Shown piece after piece: positions 7,876 to 17,541 of a stretch of 64,000 bases of DNA. Made by a program: the position numbers and the translations under genes. The stretch lies in contig JAZOWN010000006.1 of assembly GCA_045659245.1 (NCBI GenBank), forward strand, positions 13,186-77,185, written 5' to 3'. Positions within the stretch are counted from its first letter, which is position 1, and each line of letters begins with the position of its first letter. This DNA comes from Eubacteriales bacterium. GTDB taxonomy: Bacteria; Bacillota; Clostridia; Oscillospirales; CAG-272. The notes beneath the pieces are model-generated. The model saw only the letters and a list, made by a program, of their open reading frames with translations, was not told the origin of the DNA and ran no database searches.

Positions 7876-9213
7876 TCAAATATTCAGAATTTTCGTTGCA
7901 ATATTGAAATAAATGATAAGCGACACCGCATCGACTATCGTGGTAATAAACGGGCTTGCCATTACCGCAGGGTCGAGCTTTACTCGCTTAGCAAGAATGG
8001 GCAGAGAAGCGCCCACGAGCTTTGCAAGCACTATGGTTGCGAGAAGTGAGAGAGAAACAGTAAGCGCAATACCCACCGAAACTCTGTCAAATATCATTAC
8101 CTTGGCAAATGCCGCAACAGCAAGCACTGTGCCGCAGAGCATGGATACGCGGAACTCCTTCCAAAGTATCTTGAAAATATTGCTCATGCGAACTTCTCCA
8201 AGGGAAAGGCTTCTTATTATCGTTACCGATGCTTGCCCGCCTGCGTTTCCGCCCGATCCCATGAGCATTGGAATAAAGGCTGTTAGCACTACCACCTTGC
8301 CGAGCGCTTCCTCGTAATAAGTGATGATAGAGCCCGTGAATGCGGCGGATATCATGAGTATCAAAAGCCACGGCACGCGCTTTAGAAAGGTTTCAAAAAC
8401 TCCTATCTTAAGATACGGCTTATCCGATGGTACGATTGCCACCATTTTTTCAATATCCTCGGTTGCTTCCTGACTTATGACGTCAAGTGCGTCGTCAACC
8501 GTTACGATGCCCACAAGTCTGTTCTCGCTGTCAACGACGGGCAGGGCAAGCAGGTCGGATTTTGAAATAAGATTTGCAACCGTTTCCTTATCGTCAGATG
8601 TCGTGGTGCTGATAACGGCGGTGTACATAATGTCCTCTATGAGGTCTGTTTTTTTTGCAAAAAGAAGGTCGCGAAGCTCTACCCAGCCAAGGAGTCGTCT
8701 TGATGCGTCCGTTACGTATATAACGTAAACGGTTTCCTTGTCAATACCCGTTTTGCGTATATGTTCTACGGCTTCTTCTACAGTAAGATTACTTTTTATT
8801 CTTACAAATTCCGAGGTCATAACGCTTCCCGCGCTTTGGTCGGAATATTTCAAAAACTTGTTTATCTCCCTGCGTTGCTCCGCCGAGGAGCTTTTTAGTA
8901 TACGGGCTACGACGTTTGCGGGAAGCTCCTCAAGCATATCGACCGTATCGTCCATAGCGAGCGTATCAATAAATGCGGAGATTTCGGTGTCCTTCATAGA
9001 ATCTATGATTTGCTCTTGCACCTCTGCGTCAAGCTCGGCAAAAACGTCCGCCGCAATATCCTTTTTTAACATTCTGAAAACCTTAGGAAGAGATTGTCCG
9101 TCAAGTGATTGCAAAAAATCCGCAACGTCAACTGCATTCATTTCGTTTACAGCGCTTATGAACTGATTGTATTTTTTCTCGTTCAAAAGCTCGTGAAGCT
9201 CGGTGTAGGTCAT
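7876..9213 (-). CDS. mgtE: magnesium transporter MgtE
   Basis: 445-aa protein with an MgtE N-domain, tandem CBS region and C-terminal TM domain. It carries the PFITTIVDA and GNAGGQ motifs. Confidence 0.9.
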   Translation of the reverse strand: MTYTELHELLNEKKYNQFISAVNEMNAVDVADFLQSLDGQSLPKVFRMLKKDIAADVFAELDAEVQEQIIDSMKDTEISAFIDTLAMDDTVDMLEELPANVVARILKSSSAEQRREINKFLKYSDQSAGSVMTSEFVRIKSNLTVEEAVEHIRKTGIDKETVYVIYVTDASRRLLGWVELRDLLFAKKTDLIEDIMYTAVISTTTSDDKETVANLISKSDLLALPVVDSENRLVGIVTVDDALDVISQEATEDIEKMVAIVPSDKPYLKIGVFETFLKRVPWLLILMISAAFTGSIITYYEEALGKVVVLTAFIPMLMGSGGNAGGQASVTIIRSLSLGEVRMSNIFKILWKEFRVSMLCGTVLAVAAFAKVMIFDRVSVGIALTVSLSLLATIVLAKLVGASLPILAKRVKLDPAVMASPFITTIVDAVSLIIYFNIATKILNI

Positions 9214-9291
9214 ATTAACACCTCCTTACATATTATTATACGGAAAAACGGAAGAATGTCAATATATTTTTACCTATATATGTTTGTTTAT

Positions 9292-9708
9292 TCAAATTTC
9301 TCGGCTTATCGCTATGATCCTTCTTGCCATTACGTCAGACTCGTGATTTACTACCCGAAGAAGATCCTCAGTCGCCTTTGCACTCTCGGTCGTCTTCAAA
9401 AACGACTCCACGTGCATTCTGTAACGGATATATCTTTCAAGCAACTTGTTTAATGAATCCTTGGCGGAAAAGTCGTTGATCTTATCCGCCTCTAAAATAA
9501 GCTCCGAGATTTTCTCGGCTGTTTGATTGGCAAGCAAAACGCATGCCGAGAGCTTGTCGGAAAAAGCATAATATTCGCTGACCGTGGTGTTTCTGTCCTT
9601 TTTTGAGTCAAGCGACCTTTGGTATTCGTCGGTGATTTTTACGGTGCGCTTACACACCTCCGAAAGCTCCTTTTCGTATTTGCGGAAAATGCCGCCGTTC
9701 TTTTTCAT
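9292..9708 (-). CDS. hypothetical helical protein (138 aa)
   Basis: The ORF has an AGGAG RBS and no family I can recognise. It occupies the slot downstream of khpA, where Bacillus has ylqD-rimM-trmD. Confidence 0.5.
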   Translation of the reverse strand: MKKNGGIFRKYEKELSEVCKRTVKITDEYQRSLDSKKDRNTTVSEYYAFSDKLSACVLLANQTAEKISELILEADKINDFSAKDSLNKLLERYIRYRMHVESFLKTTESAKATEDLLRVVNHESDVMARRIIAISREI

Positions 9709-9720
9709 ATCTACTCCTGA

Positions 9721-9770
9721 AAAATAAAACAGAGGCGAACGGAGAAGTGTCCGTCCGCGCTCTGTTTTAC
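9721..9770 (-). terminator. long imperfect hairpin (terminator or attenuator) between khpA and the hypothetical gene
   Basis: AAAACAGAG (9727-9735) pairs with CTCTGTTTT (9760-9768). An inner stem ACGGA/TCCGT is present. T-runs flank it on both strands. Confidence 0.6.
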
Positions 9771-9814
9771 GAAATAATTACAGATCTTTTGATATTATCT
9801 GCTATTATCTGATT

Positions 9815-10060
9815 TTATCTGATAACAACGCTGACTTCCTTGCCGTCTGCATTCGCAGCTGCTCTCATAACAGTGCGTATAGCCTTGGCAATTTTGCCGC
9901 CCTTTCCGATTACCATTCCCATGTCGCACTCAGCAACGTTGAGAACAAGTGTTATCTTGTTGTCTTCCTCTGTTTCGAGGACGTTGACGTCATCGGGATG
10001 ATCGACAATAGCCTTGGCGATGTTGATCAAGGTTTGCTTCAAATCGGTCATCACAGTCAC
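9815..10060 (-). CDS. khpA: KH-domain RNA-binding protein (KhpA/YlqC family)
   Basis: 81-aa protein with the KH GXXG loop (VIGKGGKIAKAIRTV). It sits immediately downstream of rpsP. Confidence 0.85.
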   Translation of the reverse strand: MTVMTDLKQTLINIAKAIVDHPDDVNVLETEEDNKITLVLNVAECDMGMVIGKGGKIAKAIRTVMRAAANADGKEVSVVIR

Positions 10061-10067
10061 CCGTAAA

Positions 10068-10307
10068 TTAGTCGATTATGTTAGACTTCTTGAGCAGGGA
10101 CTTAACGGTATCAGTGGGCTGTGCGCCGTTAGCGATCCACTTCTTTGCCTTCTCGCCGTCGATCTTAAGCTCGTTGGAGCGGGGGTCGAAGTGACCGATC
10201 TCCTCGATGAAACGACCGTCTCTCGGAGAGCGGCTATCTGCTACGATAACACGGTAGGTGGGAGCCTTCTTTGCGCCCATTCTTCTGAGTCTCATTTTAA
10301 CTGCCAT
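10068..10307 (-). CDS. rpsP: 30S ribosomal protein S16
   Basis: [42 protein letters not shown] is the canonical S16 N-terminus. Confidence 0.95.
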   Translation of the reverse strand: MAVKMRLRRMGAKKAPTYRVIVADSRSPRDGRFIEEIGHFDPRSNELKIDGEKAKKWIANGAQPTDTVKSLLKKSNIID

Positions 10308-10368
10308 TTTTTGTTTCCTCCAAAAATATAAAATAATTTTTTATTCTAAAAATCCGCTGTTCTGTTTA

Positions 10369-11709
10369 TCAGTTAAACGGCATTTTCATTCGTTTTTTAC
10401 CAAACCTTGACAATTGCTTGGGGTTTGAGAATTGCTTCATAAGCTTTCTGGTCTGATCGAACTGCTTAAGAAGCTTGTTGACCTCCTCAACAGAGGTTCC
10501 GCTTCCCGCCGCGATACGCTTCTTTCTTGAAGCGGCGAGGATCTCGGGCTTCATGCGCTCGTAGGGAGTCATGGATTTGATTATCGCTTCCATGTGAGCG
10601 AGAGCCTTTTCATCAATCTTTGCGTCCTTGAGCGCCCCCGGCTTGACACCCGGCATCATTCCCATTATCTGTTCAAGGCTGCCCATGTTTTTGAGCTGCG
10701 CGAACTGATCGAGATAGTCGTCGAGAGTGAAGGTCGATTCGCGGATCTTTTTCTCAAGCTCCGCCGCCTTCTTCTCGTCGTACGCCTGCTCCGCCTTTTC
10801 AATAAGCGAGAGCACGTCGCCCATTCCGAGAATTCTTGACGCCATTCTGTCGGGATGGAAGGGCTCGATAGCGTCGAGCTTTTCTCCCGTACCGATAAAC
10901 TTTATGGGCTTGCCCGTTACGTGACGTACCGAAAGTGCAGCACCGCCACGGGTGTCACCGTCGAGCTTGGTGAGAATAACGCCCGTTACGTCAAGCAGGT
11001 TGTTAAACGTTTCCGCAACGTTTACCGCATCCTGACCTATCATCGCGTCGATAGTGAGCAAGATCTCGGTGGGGGATACCGCCTTTTTGATATTCTGAAG
11101 CTCCGCCATAAGCTCCTCATCGATGTGAAGACGTCCGGCGGTATCTATGAATACCATGTCGTAGCCTTTTTGAATAGCGTGCTTCAAGCCCGCCTCAGCT
11201 ATCTTGACGGGGGATTCCTTATCGCCGAGAGTGAATACGGGAATACCGAGCTTCTCTCCGACGATCTCGAGCTGCTTTATAGCCGCGGGACGGTAAACGT
11301 CACACGCGACGAGCAAGGGGGATTTTCCTTGCTTTTTATACATACCCGCAAGCTTTCCTGCGTGTGTGGTCTTACCCGCACCCTGCAGACCGACCATCAT
11401 AACGACCGTCGGAGGCTTTGAGGATATCGTAAGCTTTGACTGCGTTCCGCCCATAAGAGCGGTAAGCTCCTCGTTTACTATTTTTACTATCTGCTGGGCA
11501 GGGAGCAGGGATTCGAGAACGTCAGCGCCGACCGCACGCTCGGAAACCTTGGCTATAAAGTCCTTAACGACCTTGAAGTTAACGTCAGCCTCAAGGAGCG
11601 CCAGCTTTATCTCACGCATACCGACCTTTACGTCGGCTTCCGTAAGCTTACCCTTATTCTTGAATTTTTTGAAGGCATTTTCTAATTTTTCACTTAAGCT
11701 TTGAAACAT
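10369..11709 (-). CDS. ffh: signal recognition particle protein Ffh
   Basis: The NG domain carries GLQGAGKTT, DTAGR and TKLDGD motifs. The C-terminal M domain is Met-rich (MGMMPG). Confidence 0.95.
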   Translation of the reverse strand: MFQSLSEKLENAFKKFKNKGKLTEADVKVGMREIKLALLEADVNFKVVKDFIAKVSERAVGADVLESLLPAQQIVKIVNEELTALMGGTQSKLTISSKPPTVVMMVGLQGAGKTTHAGKLAGMYKKQGKSPLLVACDVYRPAAIKQLEIVGEKLGIPVFTLGDKESPVKIAEAGLKHAIQKGYDMVFIDTAGRLHIDEELMAELQNIKKAVSPTEILLTIDAMIGQDAVNVAETFNNLLDVTGVILTKLDGDTRGGAALSVRHVTGKPIKFIGTGEKLDAIEPFHPDRMASRILGMGDVLSLIEKAEQAYDEKKAAELEKKIRESTFTLDDYLDQFAQLKNMGSLEQIMGMMPGVKPGALKDAKIDEKALAHMEAIIKSMTPYERMKPEILAASRKKRIAAGSGTSVEEVNKLLKQFDQTRKLMKQFSNPKQLSRFGKKRMKMPFN

Positions 11710-11743
11710 ATTATCACCTTCCTTTTATTAGAGCACAACGCGC

Positions 11744-12079
11744 TTACTGCCGTATAAGAGAAGCAAGGCGAGTTATGCGCTCACGTATTTCGTCGGGAAC
11801 ATCGGTACTGTCCGCTAATTTCGAAAGCTCGGTGGCTTCCTTTTCCGCGTCCTGCATTTTTTTAGCAAGACCAAGTCTTTCCTCATAAAAGAGCAGCTCT
11901 TCCTCTGCTTTTTTTATGATGTCGCGAACACCCTGTCTTGAAATGCCGATCTCTTCTGCAACCTCGGAAAGGGAAAAATCTTCATTGTAATACATGTCCA
12001 TAACAGAGCGCTTTCTGTCCGACAGCAAAACGCCGTAGAAGTCAAGCAAAAAGCCAATATTGAGATTTTTTTCAAACAC
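11744..12079 (-). CDS. ylxM: YlxM/p13-like putative DNA-binding protein (UPF0122) preceding ffh
   Basis: FLLDFYGVLLSDRKRSVMDMYYNEDFSLSEVAEEIGISRQGVRD is a sigma-70 region-4-like HTH typical of YlxM. The start is set to the GTG at 12077-12079, which follows an AAAGGG RBS. The track ORF start at 12142 adds an unlikely Cys/Phe-rich extension. Confidence 0.8.
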   Translation of the reverse strand: MFEKNLNIGFLLDFYGVLLSDRKRSVMDMYYNEDFSLSEVAEEIGISRQGVRDIIKKAEEELLFYEERLGLAKKMQDAEKEATELSKLADSTDVPDEIRERITRLASLIRQ

Positions 12080-12195
12080 AAAAACACACCCTTTGCGAGC
12101 AAAATACAGATGTAAAGCAAAACACTTTACACAGTATACCACACAAAATTGTTTTTGTCAACACCTTTTTTAAAAAAATTGTATTAATATTTTTG

Positions 12196-12224
12196 TTGAC
12201 ATACGAACTCTGTCATGGTAAAAT
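12196..12224 (+). promoter_or_regulatory. near-consensus sigma-A promoter of the three-gene TerB/ATPase/helicase operon
   Basis: TTGACA (12196-12201), a 17-nt spacer, then TGgTAAAAT (12219-12224). Because the promoter sits inside the track ORF start, the CDS start is moved to 12269. Confidence 0.65.
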
Positions 12225-12268
12225 ATAATGATAAGAATTTTTCAAAAAACAGAAAGGGGAAAGCGTAT

Positions 12269-13882
12269 ATGTCTGAAGAAAAAAGTAAAAAGCAGCAGTT
12301 AGACGACTTTTGGGATATTTCGTCGCTTGTTCCCCAAAAGAGGAGCTTTGCTCCCTCGTCAAAATCCGTAGACACGGTTCTCATTACTGACGGCGAGAAA
12401 AAAAGAGAGAGCGGAGAGGTAAAAATCACCGAGAGCAGCACCGTTATCGAGAGATTTATTCCGCCCCACACGCCCGACGAGCTTCGTCCGCAGCTTGCGC
12501 CGTACGACGAATACGTTCCCGAAAGCCCCCTTATTCATAAGGTTTCACTGTATAGGGAGCCGTCTTCGTATAATTTCTATGAGGATTTCTGTCGCACCGC
12601 AAAGCGGCTTTGGAACGAGTCCGCGACGGAGTGCGAATACGTTGATTTCTTCTCATACTCGCCGCAGTATAACCAGCTCGCCGCCGACCAGCTCTCATAT
12701 TACCTTTGGTGGAGAGAAAACGTAAGGCGCGGTGTATACCTTAAAACCAATATCTGCTACATCAATCTTTATACGTTCGAGCTTATAAACACGCGAGAAG
12801 TAATTGAACTCATTGAAGCAAGAGAAATGATGATAAGGGTGCTTGAAGCCTACCGCTCGGTGCTTCTCGGTACGATACCGAAGTATATACGCTGGATCTC
12901 TGATTTCAGCCTTGTGCATCACCTGCCGCCACCTAAAAAGTTCGACGCGAAGCTTTTGGAGAAGGCGAGCGCCTTGAAGGAATATTTTATGTGTGTTGCG
13001 GGGAACACCGCCGAGGGCTGGGCGCATATGCTTTTGACATACTGCACCTCGTACGACTACCGCATGAGTAAATTCGCGACGGAGGAAAACATCGCGCTCT
13101 TTGAGGAGCACGTGCCGAAGGCTATTGCAAGGGTAGTTGAAAAGCTGTCAGAGAACGGGAAGATACTTTCCGCGCTGCCGTTTAACGACTGCAAAATAAG
13201 CGCAAAAGCGTTTGACGGAGCTGTCTGCTCGTCGGAAAACAGGGTTATAATTGACGTTGAATATTGCTCGTTTTCGCGCTCGCACGAATTACGCTTTCTC
13301 ATTGGAGATGCGGTAAAGCAAGCGGAAAACAAGATAAGAGCGCACATTTCGGTAAAGTCAAGGCTTACCGTGTATTCCTTGCCGCTCGAACTTTGTCAGG
13401 TGATAAACGAGTATTTCGACAGAGCGTTGCCCGTAGTCAGAAAGTCGAGAGCAAAGGCGGAAGCACCGACGGAATACGATGTGCTTTACGACGTTCCGAG
13501 AACCAAGCTCAGTATTTCCAACGCTCAAAAAATAGAATCGGAGTCTTGGGATACCACCAAGGAGCTGGTGGGAGATTTTGAAGAAAGTCCGATAGAGGAA
13601 AAACCTCGGATTATGGAAATCGAGTCGGTAATAAAAGAGAGCGGGGAAGCTGACGAGCCGTCGCTTTTGTCGGCGCTTGGCGAGTACGCAGATGCGGTCA
13701 TATCACTTGCAAAAGGGGAGAGCATAGCGCTTTTTGCTCTTTCAAAATCTCTTGGCAGACCTACGGAGGCTGTCGTTGACGTGATAAACGAGATAGCAGC
13801 CTGCGCTATCGGGGATATACTCATTGAGGAAAACGACGGTCAGTATTCGGTAATAGAAGACTATCTTGAACTTATAAATTAA
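12269..13882 (+). CDS. TerB-N/TerB-C domain protein (Shango SngA-like)
   Basis: The ATG at 12269 follows an AAAGGGGA RBS. The TerB-N signature reads YVDFFSYSPQYNQLAADQLSYYLWWRENVRRG. The acidic C-terminal TerB-C-like module reads LLSALGEYADAVISLAKG..VVDVINEIAACAIGDILIEE. Its stop overlaps the next ATG (TAATG at 13880-13884). Confidence 0.8.
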   Translation: MSEEKSKKQQLDDFWDISSLVPQKRSFAPSSKSVDTVLITDGEKKRESGEVKITESSTVIERFIPPHTPDELRPQLAPYDEYVPESPLIHKVSLYREPSSYNFYEDFCRTAKRLWNESATECEYVDFFSYSPQYNQLAADQLSYYLWWRENVRRGVYLKTNICYINLYTFELINTREVIELIEAREMMIRVLEAYRSVLLGTIPKYIRWISDFSLVHHLPPPKKFDAKLLEKASALKEYFMCVAGNTAEGWAHMLLTYCTSYDYRMSKFATEENIALFEEHVPKAIARVVEKLSENGKILSALPFNDCKISAKAFDGAVCSSENRVIIDVEYCSFSRSHELRFLIGDAVKQAENKIRAHISVKSRLTVYSLPLELCQVINEYFDRALPVVRKSRAKAEAPTEYDVLYDVPRTKLSISNAQKIESESWDTTKELVGDFEESPIEEKPRIMEIESVIKESGEADEPSLLSALGEYADAVISLAKGESIALFALSKSLGRPTEAVVDVINEIAACAIGDILIEENDGQYSVIEDYLELIN

Positions 13883-15249
13883 TGGAGAAAATTATGAACA
13901 ACACGGAAAATATACAAAAAGTACCAAAGCGCATTCTTAATACGCTTATGTCCTCGCTTGCGGCGGGAGTCGTGCCGCGCTCGGGCGCGCCGTATATCGC
14001 AATAGGACGAAAAAATGAAATCTCCGCTCTGCTTTCCGACCTCGAGGCAGTAAGCGAGGGGTGCGGAAGCATGCGCTTCGTTATTGGACGATACGGAAGC
14101 GGAAAAAGCTTTTTGATACAGCTCATAAGGGGATATGCGCTTGAGCGCGATTTTATAACCGCCGATGCGGACCTGTCTCCCGAACGCCGTCTTTACGGCA
14201 CAGGCGGAAGCGGTGTGGCAACCTACCGCGAGCTTATTAAAAATCTCGCTTCAAAATCCTCACCCGACGGAGGCGCGCTGCCTAAAATTATCGCAAGGTG
14301 GATAGATACGCTAAAAACCGAGATCGTGTCCGAGGGGATAGATCCCGAAAGCCAGGAGTTTTATGTTCGCCTCAATTCCCTTGTTGCAGAGAAGCTTCGT
14401 GAGATCGAATTTATGGTCGGCGGCTTTGATTTTGCGCGCGTTATAACCGAGTACTACCGCTCCTTCATTGAGGGCGACGACGATAAAAAGACGGCGTGTC
14501 TTTGCTGGCTTCGCGGCGAGTTTACCACAAAGACAGAGGCAAGAGCCTCGCTCGGCTTTGGCGTGGCGGTTATCATCGACGACGATAACTGGTACGATTT
14601 TTTAAAGCTTTGGGCGGTGCTCGTAAGATTTATGGGCTACAAGGGTCTTGTCGTATTTATCGACGAGTGCGTAAATCTATACAAGATAAATCATCGCGTC
14701 AGCCGCGAAAATAACTATGAAAAAATACTTGCGATGTTCAACGATACCTTGCAGGGCAGAGCACCCGGACTTGGCATTATTCTTGGCGGCACACCGCAGT
14801 TTATGGACGACACGCGTCGCGGACTTTTCAGCTACGAGGCGCTTCGCAGCCGTCTTGGCGACAGCAGATACAACTCCGAGAGATTTAATAATTTTATAGG
14901 TCCTGTAATAAGATTAAAGCGACTTACTGATGACGAGCTTTACGCGCTTATATCGAGAATAAGCAAGCTGTATTCTCAAAATTATTCCTGCACAATTCCC
15001 GTTTCGGACGAGCAAATGGTGAGCTTTCTTGAAATTTCACTCTCCCGTGCGGGCGCTGACAATATGATAACTCCGCGCGAGATGATAAGGGACTATATGA
15101 CGGTTCTTAACATTCTGCTTCAAAACCCTGACGTAAGCTTTGAGGACGTCGTGAGCGAGGTAAATCAAAGAAACGACGAGGCGGAGTCCGCCCCTCTTGC
15201 AAACGCTAAAAAAGCGGGAGATTTTACGGCGAACGATATTGAATTTTAA
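13882..15249 (+). CDS. P-loop ATPase of the DUF2791/BrxC-BrxD family (Shango SngB-like)
   Basis: Walker A is GRYGSGKSF. A Walker B-like VVFIDE is present. The N-terminal LAAGVVPRSGAPYIAIGR block is typical of the family. An alternative start is the ATG at 13894, 6 nt after GGAG. Confidence 0.8.
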   Translation: MEKIMNNTENIQKVPKRILNTLMSSLAAGVVPRSGAPYIAIGRKNEISALLSDLEAVSEGCGSMRFVIGRYGSGKSFLIQLIRGYALERDFITADADLSPERRLYGTGGSGVATYRELIKNLASKSSPDGGALPKIIARWIDTLKTEIVSEGIDPESQEFYVRLNSLVAEKLREIEFMVGGFDFARVITEYYRSFIEGDDDKKTACLCWLRGEFTTKTEARASLGFGVAVIIDDDNWYDFLKLWAVLVRFMGYKGLVVFIDECVNLYKINHRVSRENNYEKILAMFNDTLQGRAPGLGIILGGTPQFMDDTRRGLFSYEALRSRLGDSRYNSERFNNFIGPVIRLKRLTDDELYALISRISKLYSQNYSCTIPVSDEQMVSFLEISLSRAGADNMITPREMIRDYMTVLNILLQNPDVSFEDVVSEVNQRNDEAESAPLANAKKAGDFTANDIEF

Positions 15250-15269
15250 CTGAGATTAAGGAGAGAGGT

Positions 15270-17498
15270 ATGACAGTGGCTGACAGAATTTTTATGAAAT
15301 TCCCGCCGTTTATAAGAGAATATATTTACGCTCATTCGTGGGATTCTCTGCGTGAGGTTCAGCTTTTTGCCGCAGGCGTGCTGTTTGATACGAAAAACAA
15401 CCTGCTTCTTACCTCGTCAACCGCAAGCGGAAAGACCGAGGCGGCGTTCTTTCCGATAATAACGGACGTTTGGAGTGAGCCCGTCGAGGGTGTTTCGGTG
15501 CTTTATATAGCCCCACTCAAGAGCCTTATTAACGACCAATTTTTCAGAATTGAGGAGCTGCTCACAGAGAGCGGAATCCGCGTTACGCATTGGCACGGTG
15601 ACGTTGCGGCAACGCAGAAGAAAAAGCTTCTTGAGCACCCCGAGGGGATACTCCAGATAACGCCCGAGTCGTTGGAGGCTATGCTCATAAACCGCTCAAA
15701 CGATATTCCGCGTATTTTTAAGGGGCTAAAATATATAGTGATTGACGAGGTTCACACCCTTATGGGAACAGACCGCGGAAATCAGATAATATGTCAGATA
15801 TCGAGAATACAGCGTCTTATCGGGTGCGTGCCGAGGAGAGTGGGACTCTCTGCAACCATTGGAAATCCCGAGCTTGCCGCAGAGTGGCTGGGGGCGGGAA
15901 GCGGAGTTGAGACGAGCGTTTCTCCCAAGGGCAACGAGCGTGTAAAATGGCGTCTTGGCATGGAGCATTTTTATATTCAGAACCCTAATTTCAATCAAAC
16001 GTCAAATACCGATGCTACGACCGAAAAAGCCAAGCTTGATGCGGGATACGAGTATGCTTACGACTGCGTAAGCGGCGCAAAATCCCTTGTGTTCTCGAAC
16101 TCGCGCGAGGAAACGGAATACGTGTGCGCGACCTTGCGACAGATAGCCAAAAAGCGCGGAGAGCGAGATGTTTTTCTCATACATCACGGAAATCTTTCGG
16201 CGGCGCTCCGCGAGGAAGCGGAAATGAAGATGCGCGACGCGGGGCAAATGGCGGTTACGTGCGCGACCGTTACTATGGAGCTTGGAATAGATATTGGCAG
16301 ACTTGAGAGAGTGCTTCAAATGGACGCGCCAAACTCTGTTTCTGCGTTTTTGCAAAGACTCGGACGCTCTGGCAGGCGTGGACAGCCACCCGAGATGATG
16401 ATGGTGTTCAGAGAAGAAGAGCCGCTCCCGAACGCGCCCCTGCCACAGCTTATTCCGTGGGGACTTATACGCGCGATAGCCATAGTGCAGCTATATATCG
16501 AGGAGCGGTTTATCGAGCCGCCGTCAAGCAAAATGCAGCCGTTCAGCCTACTGTTCCACCAGACACTCAGCACGCTTGCGGCAAGGGGAGAAACGACTGC
16601 TAAGGAGCTTGCGGAGCTTGTTTTGTCAATGCCCGCATTCCGCCACGTTTCAAAGGAAAATTACAAGGCGCTTCTCGTGTCAATGCTCAACTGCGGACTT
16701 ATAGAAATGACCGACGAAAAGGGACTTATAGCGGGAATTGAAAGCGAAAGACTTTTGAATAGCTTTAAGTTTTACGCTGTGTTTAAGGATAGCGAGGACT
16801 TTACCGTAAGATGCGAGTCCGAGGAGATAGGAACTATAACCACGCCTCCGCCCGTTGGCGACAGATTTGCGCTTGCAGGGCGCGTTTGGGAGGTTACGGA
16901 GCTTGACAGCACAAGGCGACTTGTGTACGTAAAGGGAGTCGAGGGCAAAATGGAAATATCCTGGCCCGGCGACTTCGGAGAGATACACACGCGCATACTC
17001 GAACGTATGAGACGAGTGCTTGCAGAGGATACGGTATATCCGTATCTTAAAGAAAATGCGGCAAAAAGACTTGAGATCGCAAGGCGAGTGGCAAAGAATA
17101 CGGGACTTACGGAAAAGTATGTAGTGCATCTTGGCGGGTATACCTACTGCATGTTCCCGTGGCTCGGAACGCGCTCGTTCAGAACCCTGCGAAAGATGCT
17201 CTCGGCGATTGCTTCGCCGTTGGGCATTTCAGGCATAGATTTTGAGGGCTGCTATTACATCACGTTCCGCATGGAAAAGTCGGACGAAGATGGCTTGATC
17301 ACCGCCCTTAACGCATATTTCGGAAGCGGAGAGTACAGTCCGTTAAATCTCGTATCTCCAAAGGAGCTTCCCACTTTTGAAAAATATGACGAATATATTC
17401 CCGCGGATCTGTTGCGTTATGCATACTCCGTGGATAGGCTTAACGTAAAGGAAGCTTCGCTTCGCATAAGGAATATGCGAGAGGGATTTTTGCCGTAA
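15270..17498 (+). CDS. Lhr-like DEAD/DEAH-box SF2 helicase (Shango SngC-like)
   Basis: Motif I is SSTASGKTEAAFFP, motif II is DEVH and motif III is SAT. Motif VI is QRLGRSGRRG. A roughly 330-aa C-terminal extension follows. An AAGGAGAGAGG RBS precedes the start. Confidence 0.85.
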   Translation: MTVADRIFMKFPPFIREYIYAHSWDSLREVQLFAAGVLFDTKNNLLLTSSTASGKTEAAFFPIITDVWSEPVEGVSVLYIAPLKSLINDQFFRIEELLTESGIRVTHWHGDVAATQKKKLLEHPEGILQITPESLEAMLINRSNDIPRIFKGLKYIVIDEVHTLMGTDRGNQIICQISRIQRLIGCVPRRVGLSATIGNPELAAEWLGAGSGVETSVSPKGNERVKWRLGMEHFYIQNPNFNQTSNTDATTEKAKLDAGYEYAYDCVSGAKSLVFSNSREETEYVCATLRQIAKKRGERDVFLIHHGNLSAALREEAEMKMRDAGQMAVTCATVTMELGIDIGRLERVLQMDAPNSVSAFLQRLGRSGRRGQPPEMMMVFREEEPLPNAPLPQLIPWGLIRAIAIVQLYIEERFIEPPSSKMQPFSLLFHQTLSTLAARGETTAKELAELVLSMPAFRHVSKENYKALLVSMLNCGLIEMTDEKGLIAGIESERLLNSFKFYAVFKDSEDFTVRCESEEIGTITTPPPVGDRFALAGRVWEVTELDSTRRLVYVKGVEGKMEISWPGDFGEIHTRILERMRRVLAEDTVYPYLKENAAKRLEIARRVAKNTGLTEKYVVHLGGYTYCMFPWLGTRSFRTLRKMLSAIASPLGISGIDFEGCYYITFRMEKSDEDGLITALNAYFGSGEYSPLNLVSPKELPTFEKYDEYIPADLLRYAYSVDRLNVKEASLRIRNMREGFLP

Positions 17499-17541
17499 AA
17501 CACAAATTTTTGTAAAAATAATACTTTTTTTAAAAATTCTC

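Noticed and set aside
7870-7878. The convergent GT4 and mgtE genes end 3 nt apart with no terminator hairpin between them.
   Set aside because: This is real but unremarkable. Convergent stop-to-stop packing is common, and no additional signal was found.
9214-9291. Looked for an M-box (Mg2+) riboswitch upstream of mgtE.
   Set aside because: Only 78 nt separate mgtE from the preceding gene, and none of the M-box conserved helices are present.
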